Assembly (NCBI GenBank): GCA_003819755.1
Contig: RPQK01000002.1
Location: forward strand, 1-36,387
Direction of reading: 5' to 3'
Source of the DNA: Acidobacteriota bacterium
Lineage (GTDB): Bacteria > Acidobacteriota > UBA6911 > RPQK01
DNA length: 36,387 bases
The translations under genes and the position numbers were made by a program. Shown piece after piece: positions 25,587-34,700 of the stretch. The notes beneath the pieces are model-generated. The model saw only the letters and a list, made by a program, of their open reading frames with translations. It ran no database searches and had not been told where the DNA came from. Positions within the stretch are counted from its first letter, which is position 1. Every line of letters begins with the position of its first letter.

Positions 25587-25897
25587 GCGCCTATTATGTC
25601 CCGAATCGGGGACATTCGCAAGCGTGCTCTGGCACAGCTCCTGCCTGCTGATTCCTTAGCTATCACCTCGACTGAGCGTCCTCATCCCCTTGCCCTCTGC
25701 GCGATCGACCGGAGGTTGGCCTGCGCGGACCGGCAACCAGCGAGGCGGGGGGGGCGGGCGGGAAGTACGCTCGCGGCCCCCGCCGACCAACTACCACCTG
25801 CGCAACCAGGCCGACCGAAGGGGCCAGGAAGCGGCCTGAAAACGGCGGACGTCAGCGCGGCGGCTTAGAATTCACGAAAACAGAGAGAATCGAAATC

Positions 25898-25927
25898 TTG
25901 AAAAACGTTAACAGTAACTGTTAATAT
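25898..25927 (+). promoter_or_regulatory. Sigma70-like promoter with an embedded palindromic operator for higB-higA
   Basis: TTGAAA (25898-25903), an 18-nt spacer, then TAATAT (25922-25927). The spacer contains the 17-nt palindrome TTAACAGTAACTGTTAA (25908-25924). The higB start is at 25945. Confidence 0.5.
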
Positions 25928-25944
25928 CATCAGGCGGGCACTAG

Positions 25945-26247
25945 TTGGACATCATCTACGACAACAGTAAGATTCGTAAGAAGTGCCAGAAAGCGACAGG
26001 ACGTCTGAAGCGTCGGCTCGACGACTTGCGAGCGGCAGAGAATCTTCGAGTGATGATGACTCTGGCAGGGAATTGTCACCCGCTGGTCGCCAATCGAAAG
26101 GGCCAGTGGGCGATTTATTTGGAGCATCCGCAACGGCTGGTATTCAAACCGGCGAACGACCCACTGCCGGACCTTGGAGACGGCCGACTGGATCTAGAGA
26201 AAGTGACTGCCGTCCGGCTCCTGTCGATAGAGGACTACCATGGCTAA
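25945..26247 (+). CDS. higB: HigB-family (plasmid maintenance killer) toxin
   Basis: 100 aa with a TTG start. Shows the HigB-toxin pattern: ...RKGQWAIYLEHPQRLVFKP...VRLLSIEDYHG. It overlaps the downstream antitoxin gene. Confidence 0.8.
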   Translation: MDIIYDNSKIRKKCQKATGRLKRRLDDLRAAENLRVMMTLAGNCHPLVANRKGQWAIYLEHPQRLVFKPANDPLPDLGDGRLDLEKVTAVRLLSIEDYHG

Positions 26248-27325
26248 ACAGATTGTTAACGAATACGCGCCCGATGAGGTGTCCCATCCGGGGGAGACGC
26301 TTCTCGACGTGCTCGAGGAACGAGGCATGTCGCAGGCCGAGCTCGCCGATCGAACCGGCCGGCCTAAGAAAATCATCAACGAGATCATCAAAGGGAAGCT
26401 CGGGATTTCTCCGGAAACAGCAATTCAACTTGAGCGCTCGCTTGGCGTCCCGGCTTCGTTCTGGAACAAGCGGCAGCAGGAGTACGACGAGTCTGTTGCG
26501 AGGCGGACGGAACGAGACAAGCTGCAGCAACATTTGACCTGGCTCTCGAACTTCCCGGTCTCCGCAATGGTCAAGGCTGGTTACGTCACGCCGGGCTCGG
26601 ACCGCATCGAACGCTTGCGCGGCGTTCTCAACTTCTTCGGCGTCGCGTCCCCGGAGGCCTTCGATCGGTACCAAGGAATGGTTCAGGTTCAGTATCGCCA
26701 GTCAGCCCGGTTTGATGCGGACCGGTTTGCCTTGGCCGCCTGGTTGCGGAGAGGCGAGTTGTTGGCCCAGCGGATGGAGTGCGGGCCCTTCAGCCGGCAG
26801 GCGCTTCGAGGCCGTCTGGGCGGCGTGCGGCGCTTGACGGTTCTCTCTCCCGAGGATTTCGTTCCGCGTCTTCAGAGAATCTGCTCGGAGGCAGGAGTGG
26901 CGGTCGTCTTCGTCCCCGAGCTTCCGAAGATCCGTGCTTACGGCGCAACCTATTGGCTGGGCAACCGAGCCGTCATTCAGCTCTGTCTGCGCGGCAAGAA
27001 GGACGACGTCCTGTGGTTTACGTTCTTCCACGAGGTCGGTCACCTCCTGCTGCACGGCAGGAAACGCGCGATCTTTCTGGAGGTGGAGGAAAAGACGGGG
27101 ACTGAAGAAGAAGAGGCAGATCATTTCGCCTCGGAAATCCTCATCCGAAAAAAGGATCTCGACGCCTTTGTGCGGGCCACGCCTCGTTTGAGCGCGGCTG
27201 CCATCACCCGGTTTGCCGAGGCACAAGGCATCGCTCCCGGGATTGTGGTCGGGCAACTGCATTATTTCGGGTATGCGCCTTTTGACCATTTTCAACGATT
27301 ACGGCAAACGCTCGCCTGGCGGTGA
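26240..27325 (+). CDS. higA: HigA-type HTH antitoxin fused to an ImmA/IrrE-like (M78) metallopeptidase domain
   Basis: The N-terminus, SHPGETLLDVLEERGMSQAELADRTGRPKKIINEIIKGKLGISPETAIQLERSLGVPASFW, is canonical HigA. The C-terminal half carries HEVGHLLLH (an HExxH motif) in an ImmA/IrrE-like context. 361 aa. Confidence 0.85.
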   Translation: MAKQIVNEYAPDEVSHPGETLLDVLEERGMSQAELADRTGRPKKIINEIIKGKLGISPETAIQLERSLGVPASFWNKRQQEYDESVARRTERDKLQQHLTWLSNFPVSAMVKAGYVTPGSDRIERLRGVLNFFGVASPEAFDRYQGMVQVQYRQSARFDADRFALAAWLRRGELLAQRMECGPFSRQALRGRLGGVRRLTVLSPEDFVPRLQRICSEAGVAVVFVPELPKIRAYGATYWLGNRAVIQLCLRGKKDDVLWFTFFHEVGHLLLHGRKRAIFLEVEEKTGTEEEEADHFASEILIRKKDLDAFVRATPRLSAAAITRFAEAQGIAPGIVVGQLHYFGYAPFDHFQRLRQTLAWR

Positions 27326-27453
27326 ACCGGATCCTCCCTTGTTGCACTCGGGTGGCCGAATCGTCTTGCGCCTTGACGTCGAGTGTCATTGGCGACGAGA
27401 ATGAAGCCCGAAGATTAGCTGAGAATCTTTTCCGGGTTAATTCGCAAGTAACG

Positions 27454-27493
27454 AAGCCGGAAATCGGAATCGTCCGATTTCCGGCTTTTTTTA
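27454..27493 (+). terminator. Rho-independent terminator after higA-immA
   Basis: 15-bp perfect stem AAGCCGGAAATCGGA / TCCGATTTCCGGCTT with loop ATCG, followed by TTTTTTA. Confidence 0.85.
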
Positions 27494-27525
27494 TTTGTGC
27501 ACAGCACTAACGGGAGGAACAAAAA

Positions 27526-27816
27526 ATGTCAGAAAATTCCTTGGTACAATTTTATGGACTCCTTGCAAGACTCCTCCGGTCTGACTGGGATCCGCACGAA
27601 TTCCTCGCGATCTGCACTTTGAAAGAGATCGTCGGACAAAGAATCGGAATCCATCCTGAGCCCGATGATTCAGTTGGAACAAAACAGATCCTTCAACTGA
27701 GAGCTCGCCTTGCCTCGTTCAAAGAGGAAAGCCTCAGGACTGGCGACAAGGCCGCACGCCAAGCAGCCGAGATCGTCCTCCGGATAGTGGAGAATCGGGA
27801 AAGATGGGGTTTCTGA
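27526..27816 (+). CDS. Hypothetical protein (96 aa), no recognisable family
   Basis: The ATG is preceded by GGGAGGAACAAAAA, follows the terminator, and sits in locally lower-GC sequence. No motif was recognised. Confidence 0.5.
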   Translation: MSENSLVQFYGLLARLLRSDWDPHEFLAICTLKEIVGQRIGIHPEPDDSVGTKQILQLRARLASFKEESLRTGDKAARQAAEIVLRIVENRERWGF

Positions 27817-28661
27817 CCTTGACCAACGGTGCCAAGAGATACGGTGTAAGACAACCCGAGCACGCAACCGTCCGAAGGCTTGCCCAGTGTATCTGCGAAT
27901 TACGTCTTCATTTCCTTTGTCTTCACTTTGGAGTTTGGTGGAGCAGGCCAGGTCCGACTGAAGAGGGCTGACCAGGAAAGGCAGGCTGTGTATCAAGGGG
28001 CCTTGAGCTTCCCGCAGATGGCGGACGGGCAGTTCGGTGACGTACTTTCAGGACTGAGTTGGTGCTTGCGAACACGGGGTCGGACACGTCGGCTGACATT
28101 TTCTTTCGAGGAGGCCCTGGTTCCGCTCTGGAGTTCGAACTTGAAGGCCTGGGCCCGAAATAGTCGATTTCTCTCAATCTACCGGCGTGGGCTGTCAGCT
28201 CGAAGACCAGGGGGACCGGCGCCTTGCATACCGGATACGCGACGATCTTCCCATACGGTGGTGAAGTGCACGTCTTTTCAAAGGGCGGCCGGAGAGCGGC
28301 GGTGCAGCTGCAGGGGCTGAGGGACTGACCTGGCTGACCTTCACTTCGTGAGCTTCACCGGTCAGGCGATTCGGGACTTCGAACACCCCCTGGCCGCTCG
28401 CCTTGATGGCGCGGATTGAGGCGGGCTCAGTCAAGTGGCTCCTTAGCTCCTTCGGCCGGCTGCGCGGCTGCCGGTCCGTTAGTGGGGTGGGGCGGAAGGA
28501 GCGGTAAGACCCGTCTCTTCAGTAGAGGTATAGCCCGACGCCCAGCTGGTGCGGCAGGGCTTGATGCAGTCGGTGGCGACCGACTTCAGCGTGCCGCTGT
28601 AAGAAACGATCTCCTTGTTAGGCTTCTTGCGGGCGAAGTCGTGAGCGGCCGAAGACTGCTG

Positions 28662-28751
28662 AACGGAAACATCCTCGCGCGGAAATCGTGAAGCGGAAAG
28701 AACCGGGAAGCGAGCCTGCCTGCTGAATCTGCTGATCTGACGAGGGTTTCG
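28662..28751. repeat. Conserved island arm next to the tRNA 3' end (partner 36095-36182)
   Basis: AACGGAAACAT.CTCGCGCGG.AATCGTGAAGCGGAAAGAAC.GGGAAGCGAGCCTGCCTGCTG...GATCTG.CGAGGGTTTCG is shared between the two copies. It is absent to the left of att copy 1. Confidence 0.85.
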
Positions 28752-28809
28752 TGGCGGAGGAGGAGGGATTCGAACCCCCGGTACCCTCTCGGGTACAACG
28801 GTTTTCAAG
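28752..28809 (-). other. Displaced 3' half of a tRNA-Ser (att repeat copy 2)
   Basis: 58 nt with 6 mismatches to 36183-36240. The T-stem changes preserve pairing (GTGGG/CCTAC becomes GGGGG/CCCTC). No 5' half is present. Confidence 0.9.
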
Positions 28810-28940
28810 TTCAGCCCGGATCGCTTGCCAAGAACTACCAAGTGTTTACATTTAAACTAGTTATTGATGGATTCGAGACAGGTCGGACTACCAGTTCCTA
28901 CCATCAATTACCATCTCGACCGGAAACAACTCGGAAACAT
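28810..28940. repeat. Conserved island-end arm (131 nt), paired with 23432-23562
   Basis: Same sequence as the island A arm, with a few substitutions. Confidence 0.9.
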
Positions 28941-29011
28941 GTTGCCGCCGTCGTCCACGTCATTTGCCGACCAGGTTTTCGGGCGCGTCGGTCGATCTGC
29001 CAGTTCGAGGA

Positions 29012-29481
29012 GATCATATCGTTTTCCTGAAACTGGGCAACGAATTCCGGGACTCGTCACCGGCTCAATTCGGCTCCAGTCCCTCGCCCTGGGTTTACTT
29101 CTGTCGCCAATTCCACAAAACATTCGAAAGAGCGACAAAAGATGGTCAGTCGCTCCGGAACACGACCGTCAGTTAGGTCAACGCCGGCAGGCCAGAACGG
29201 GGGAAGAGAGCTCTGAGTGCACAGCATCCTGCTGTCGTAACTCCTTGTTACATCAACAGAATCTGCCCGGACCAACTAAACTCGCCTACCTTTTGACGAT
29301 TTCGAAATCCGGCGGGGAGGGTTGTTTTCTAGGGTCGAAAAACGGTTACCAAATATCGATTTTGTGGAGCCGATTTTTCGGGACGAAGGGCCGATCGCGG
29401 CGGCTGAGGACCGCGCCGTTACTGGGTTCCAGGACCGTAGCCGGCCATGGAATCAGGGCCTGGAAGGGGTCGGATTGGCAC
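29012..29481. repeat. Non-coding block shared by islands A and B (partner 24455-24914)
   Basis: See 24455-24914. In island B it is followed by two extra CAAAACATTC motifs (29481-29490, 29501-29510). Confidence 0.85.
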
Positions 29482-29627
29482 AAAACATTCAAATGGGCCG
29501 CAAAACATTCGAAAGGATGACAAAAGTGCGCAAAACAACGGGCACGGATGGCGCGCAAAGCGTGTTCTCGTTCATGGAACGCTTGCCGTATGTTAAATTT
29601 GCAGGAAACGGGACCCGGGTAGGTTCT

Positions 29628-29948
29628 ATGGAGAAAGTGCTGAAGCCCATCCTTGCAACGTTGAAGTCGGAACTGCGTGCGACTTATGGCGACCGGCTCG
29701 TCAGCCTCATTTTGTTCGGCTCCCAAGCTCGAGGAGATGCACAGCCGGGGTCGGATATCGACATCCTGATCGTGCTCAAAGGGCGAGTCGATCCGGCGAC
29801 TGAGATTGCCAGGCTTGGACCGATCACGGCCGCGCTGTCGCTCACGAACGACGTTGTTATTTCATGCGTCTTCATTTCCGAAGAGCGCTTCGCGACCGAG
29901 CAGAGCCCGCTGCTGATCAATGTCCGTCGGGAAGGGATCGCCGCTTGA
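29628..29948 (+). CDS. Nucleotidyltransferase-domain protein (MNT of an MNT/HEPN pair)
   Basis: 106 aa from the ATG at 29628. Motif GSQARGDAQPGSDIDILIVL. Its stop overlaps the HEPN gene start (TTGA). Confidence 0.8.
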   Translation: MEKVLKPILATLKSELRATYGDRLVSLILFGSQARGDAQPGSDIDILIVLKGRVDPATEIARLGPITAALSLTNDVVISCVFISEERFATEQSPLLINVRREGIAA

Positions 29949-30319
29949 CACCTGAACAGTGGGCGCTGATTGATAAAGCTAAGAAGAGCATTGCTGCAGG
30001 CAGCCTTCTCAACGAGCAGGGATTTCCGGGTTTTGCAGCCTCGCGGGCCTACTACGCGATGCTCTATGCAGCACAGGCGCTCCTACTGAGCAAAGGGCTC
30101 TCGTTCTCCAAACATTCGGCGGTCATCGCCGCCTTTGGCCGCGAATTCGCGAAGTCGGGCTTAGTCCCGACTGAACTTCACAGGTTCCTGATCGAGGCGT
30201 CCGACAGCCGGAAAGTCAGCGACTACGATATCGCCGGCGACATCGGACAGGACGTGGCAGGCATGCACATCGACCGAGCTCGCCAATTCCTCGAAACCAT
30301 CACGCAGCTTCTCGACTGA
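29945..30319 (+). CDS. HEPN domain protein
   Basis: 124 aa with a TTG start. Shows the classical HEPN pattern (SRAYYAMLYAAQALLLSKGLSFSKHSAVIAAF...SDSRKVSDYD) and is paired with the upstream MNT gene. Confidence 0.8.
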   Translation: MTPEQWALIDKAKKSIAAGSLLNEQGFPGFAASRAYYAMLYAAQALLLSKGLSFSKHSAVIAAFGREFAKSGLVPTELHRFLIEASDSRKVSDYDIAGDIGQDVAGMHIDRARQFLETITQLLD

Positions 30320-30388
30320 GAATACTTCCTCCCTTTGCTATTTCCGAGATCGAGCGGAGGTCGGCCTGCGGGGACCGGCAACCAGCGA

Positions 30389-30587
30389 GGCGGGGCGCGG
30401 GCGGGAAGTTAACATAATATGGTTATGTTAAGCGAGGCGAGGGCAGCCGACGGGCGCGACGCTTGCCGCGGCCGGGGCTTTTAGGCTTTATCCCGGCCGC
30501 GTCGTTCGCAAGCGGCGTGATCCGTCGGCCGCGTCGCATAACGCCGGCGTTATGCGATGCGCCGAAGCCGAGCGTACTTCCCGCCCG
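30389..30587. repeat. ~200-nt highly structured segment bounded by a 21/22-bp inverted repeat
   Basis: GGCGGGGCGCGGGCGGGAAGT (30389-30409) pairs with ACTTCCCGCCCGCGCCCCCGCC (30566-30587). Inside are the hairpin TTAACATAA-TATGG-TTATGTTAA (30409-30431), an imperfect long hairpin (about 30443-30528) and a 24-nt palindrome centred on GCATAACGCCGGCGTTATGC (30534-30557). Confidence 0.85.
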
Positions 30588-30614
30588 CGCCCCCGCCGAT
30601 GGGTTACCGCCCAA

Positions 30615-31692
30615 TTAAGCAGGCCGACCGGAGCGGTGCAGCAACCACAAGACTAAGAGCTGCAGACCCGACCGGGATACCCAAAGCTCGCCTTTGTCCT
30701 CACTAATTACCTTCAGCTCTGCCCTGGTTTGAACGCTTGCAAGCGGGAGACTGGAGCTTGGGAGTCCTTTCACTGTTCTCACCGTGGTGATCACGAAGGA
30801 GCCCAGGCCAGTTACTTTGAGTACGCCCCGAGCTGAGGAGCCCAACTTCAGTTTCGGAAGCTCAGAGAAGAACAAGGACTTCTGACGGAGCAGTTGATTG
30901 GACGGTCCCAGACCCGTGGATTGTCCATACGGGTCATTGTCGTCTTCCAAGCCCCAAAATGTGAGCATGTTGCTCGCAGTAACGTCCTGGCCCAGATAAA
31001 CCACGGCAATCCCTGTATCTACTTCGCCCGCAACGTCACGCTCCACGACAGCTTCCACCCACCTCCTCGGTTCATCGCCTTCAATGCTCGCCTCTGAGAT
31101 CAGTGCCCCGCTCGAATCCAAGGCCTGGAAAAGAGCAGAAACTCGATAGGCGTGGTTGCTTCTACGCGGGTATATCCGACGGCAAGGTCGGAGTCGTCTC
31201 CGGTCCACGTTAACCCTTTGTAACGGTCGTCGGCCCTTAATGTGAAATCGAAGGAATCGGTCAGTGTCTGGTTCCAGTGTCCAGGCAGTGGTTTTCCGTT
31301 CCGGTCGAAGACGTTGACAGCCACACTCGACGGGAAAACCGGCCAGAGAGCAAAGATGGTTATTCTTGCAGCTTGATATTCGTTCCCGCCGGCCCATTTG
31401 CCACCTGCGCGATCCACTTGCTAAAGCGTGGGCGCTGCAGGAAATCGATCACTATGCCCGAAACTTGCTCCACATGCCATGCCTGCCATATTGACCGCTT
31501 GAATGACCGGGCGTCCTGAACCGCTTGCGTTACTGGCATTTGGACGAAAGCCGCACAAAGAAGAAACGGAATATCTTGATTTCCATTCTCCAACAGCACA
31601 GATGCATCGGTTGGCCCCAGGGTCTTCCTCAGCAACGAAAAATTTAACGCTTGCAAGGTCAGAGTTCGGCTTTCCACGTCTGACAGCATCAA
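30615..31692 (-). pseudogene. Frameshifted gene for a tandem beta-sandwich-repeat protein related to the C-terminal modules of the LRR protein
   Basis: Three overlapping minus-strand ORFs join into one sequence: ...FSKWIAQVANGPAG / GNEYQAARITIFALWPVFPSSVAVNVFDRNGKPL...VGYTRVEATTPI / VSALFQALDSSGALISEASIEG... The frame changes near 31385 and 31150. Confidence 0.55.
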
Positions 31693-31712
31693 GGACCATA
31701 GGGAGGGCCACT

Positions 31713-34700
31713 ATGAGTCAGGTTTTTTCCGTTGCGTGTCGAAGTTCATTCTCCTTCATTCTCTGTTCCCTGCCTTTCCTATTAGGCTTCATTTCAGAGC
31801 TTTACGGCCAGTCGGCTATTCCCGAACAGGAACGTCAAGCCTTGATCGCGCTCTACAACAGCACAGACGGGCCGCACTGGACATATCACACAAATTGGCT
31901 CGGGCCGGCGGGAACTGAGGGCACATGGGGAGGCGTGAAGGTCGAAAACGGGCACGTCGTTGAGTTGTCGCTTCCGACTCTCAACCTCGTCGGAGCAGTA
32001 CCTCCTGAGATCGGGAATCTGACCTATCTAAGAAATCTCAACCTGGCAGGCATTGATCTCTCCGGGTGGTTCCCAGGCCTCCCTAATCGAATTTCGTCGA
32101 TACCTCCGGAAATCGGGCAGTTGCATCAGCTCAAAAAACTCTATTTGGCAGGCGACGGAATAACTGTTTTGCCCACGGAGATCGGCGGACTTGCTTCCCT
32201 CGAAACTCTGCACATTGCGTACAATCAGCTCACCGCATTACCTGCCGCGGTTGGTCAACTCGGACAGCTTAAGGCCCTGCACGCCGACAACAACCAACTG
32301 GAGACGTTGCCGCCCGAGACAGGCAGCCTTCTTCTCCTGGAGACACTGACCCTCGGCCGCAACAAACTTACCACCCTGCCCCCCCAGATCGGCAATCTTC
32401 AGTCTCTGACTGATCTGGAGCTTCAAGATAATCCTTTGCAGTCCTTGCCCCCCCAACTAAACAACTTGCTCAACCTCCAGACGTTAATTCTCGCCCCTCC
32501 TGACGGAACCGGTCTTCCATCTAGTCTGGGTCACCTCAAGAATCTACCCCACTTGATCATTGGCGGTGGAAGAGTCACGGAGTTACCCGAAGACATCGGC
32601 GAGATGACGAATCTGCGCATACTTGACGCCCACTCGAATCAACTCTCCTCATTGCCGCCCTCATTTACAGGGCTTCAGCAACTGGAAGACCTGCGCTTGG
32701 GGAACAACGCTTTTGCACAAATTCCGGTCGCGATCATGAGCCTATCCAGCCTAGTGAAGCTCGATCTGTCAGGGAACCCTCTGGCCGGCCCATTGCCGCC
32801 ACAACTCGGAAACCTGCGGAAATTAAAGGCGCTCTACCTCGTCAGCAAGACTCTGTCGGGAGAAATCCCGCCCGAGTTGGGAAACATGGAAAGCCTAGAG
32901 GGCCTTACTTTGAGTGGTGAGTTTACTGGTACCATCCCGACCGAGCTAGGTCGGCTCTCTCAGCTCAAGTCTCTCTCTCTGAAAGGGCAGTTCACAGGTT
33001 CAATCCCGTCAAGCCTGGCCGACTTGAGTGAACTGACGACGCTGGATATCGACGGTCATTTGACCGGTCCATTTCCGAAGGAAGCCACCGGCCTGAAGAA
33101 GCTGGTCAACCTTATCCTCTCAGGTAATCATCTTTCCGGGCATTTGCCGCCCGAAATCGGCCAGATGACTTCGCTCGGAAGTCTCGATCTCGCTGGAAAT
33201 CAGTTTGATGGTCAGCTGCCCCCCGAGCTTGGAAATACCCGTTTGAGCAGCCTCAACTTGAGCGAGAACCGATTTAGTGGGGAAATTCCAAAGCAGCTCG
33301 GGAGCCTTTACGTGACTCAGCTTGACCTCAGCCACAACCAGCTCGAGGGGAGGATTCCGCCCGAGCTGGCACAGTCTCACGGAAACGATTGGTCCATCTG
33401 GAACCTGTCAGCAAACCGCTTGACTGGTCCAATCCCTCCAGAGTTCGCCAAGCTGGAGTCGTACATGTTCAGGATGGACCTGAAATGGAACGCGCTCATC
33501 GCCGATCATCCGGACATCTTCAAACTGATCGGTAGCCGGCACCTCGGTGAGTTTGAAGGGACGCAGAGCCACAGCCCGTTTCTTCTCGGCGTGGTCGGAG
33601 TTTCGGGGAACTCGGTCACTCTCACCTGGTCACCGATTCCTTACTCGGGCGATAGCGGCGGTTATCAGATCCTCTGCAGCAAGACACCCGGCGGCCCCTA
33701 CACGGTTGCTGCCATGACCCCGGATAAGACTGCCAACCTCTTCAGAGTGACAGGGCTTGAGACCGGCACCACCTATTACTTCACAGCCCGGACCGTCACT
33801 TACGCTCACCCGGACAACGAAAACATCGTGATCGGTGAACCGAGCACGGAAGTCTCCGCAACGACCTCCGCGTCTGCCGAGGTTTTCTTCCCGCTGTCCC
33901 CTCAAACAGGCCAATTCCGAAGCTTCGCGGTGTCAAACTTCGGAAATACCGGAATGGACGTTGAGTTTCGGGCGCGGGCGGCATCGGGTGCTCTCTCCCC
34001 CTTGCCGGGGAATCCGGCCTCCTTCAAAGTCACGCCCCGTGGGCAGGTGGCCCAGTTGAATTCGGAAATCTTCAAGACGGGCGACGCCGTTAATGACTGG
34101 GTGGGGGTCAGCGCCAACCAGTCCTTGGTGACGCTCGCCATGATAGGCGGATCCGGTGCACTCGATGGGATATCCGGTCTTACAGATCCTCAGAAGACTC
34201 TCTACTTTCCGCGCATTTATCAGGGGGCAAGCGGTTTCAAAGGAGAGGGTGCCGACACGCGCTTGATCCTGGCTAACCCAAGCGATTCCCCGGCTCGGAT
34301 TCGCCTCACTTCGAAGGGCGAGAGTCAGGCTTCGGTGGAGGTGGCGGTTGCGGCTCGAGGATTCTTGTCCGCATCGTTACCTGAGCTGTTTCCGACTGCG
34401 CCTTCAGGCGCCAATTACCTTCTCGTGGATGTCGTGGAAGGCGACGGAATCGTGGGCTGCGCCCAAGTGACGCTCGGAGGGGGCAAAGGCCTCTTCGTCT
34501 CGCCGGGCCTTCCCGTCTCGGGCAGTGACCGGACCTACGCAGCCCAGGTCGGCTGCGGCTCCGGGCTCGCCACCAGCCTTCGGTTAATCAACGCTGATAC
34601 GGTGAGTCGCAAGGTCCAGGTTCGGCTGATCGGGGACGACGGCCGGGTGTCAGTTACTCCGGAACAGGTTCTCTTGCCGGGGCAGCTCAAAGATGACGAT

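Larger units (their letters stand above)
23374..28809. mobile_element. Integrative island A (decayed), bounded by att copies 1 and 2 of the tRNA-Ser 3' half
   Basis: Flanked by direct 58-nt tRNA-Ser fragments. Its arms match those of island B (23432-23562 with 28810-28940; 28662-28751 with 36095-36182). No intact integrase is present. Confidence 0.8.

Noticed and set aside
25557-25868. 103-aa plus-strand ORF in island A
   Set aside because: It is Ala/Arg/Pro-rich, overlaps the toxin remnant and the shared GC-rich repeat block, and has no motif.
27322-27510. 62-aa ORF overlapping the higA-immA stop
   Set aside because: It reads straight through the Rho-independent terminator, has a GTG start with no SD, and matches no family.
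28479-28841. 120-aa minus-strand ORF
   Set aside because: Its N-terminal part is the translated tRNA fragment and att arm, and there is no independent start codon for the remainder.
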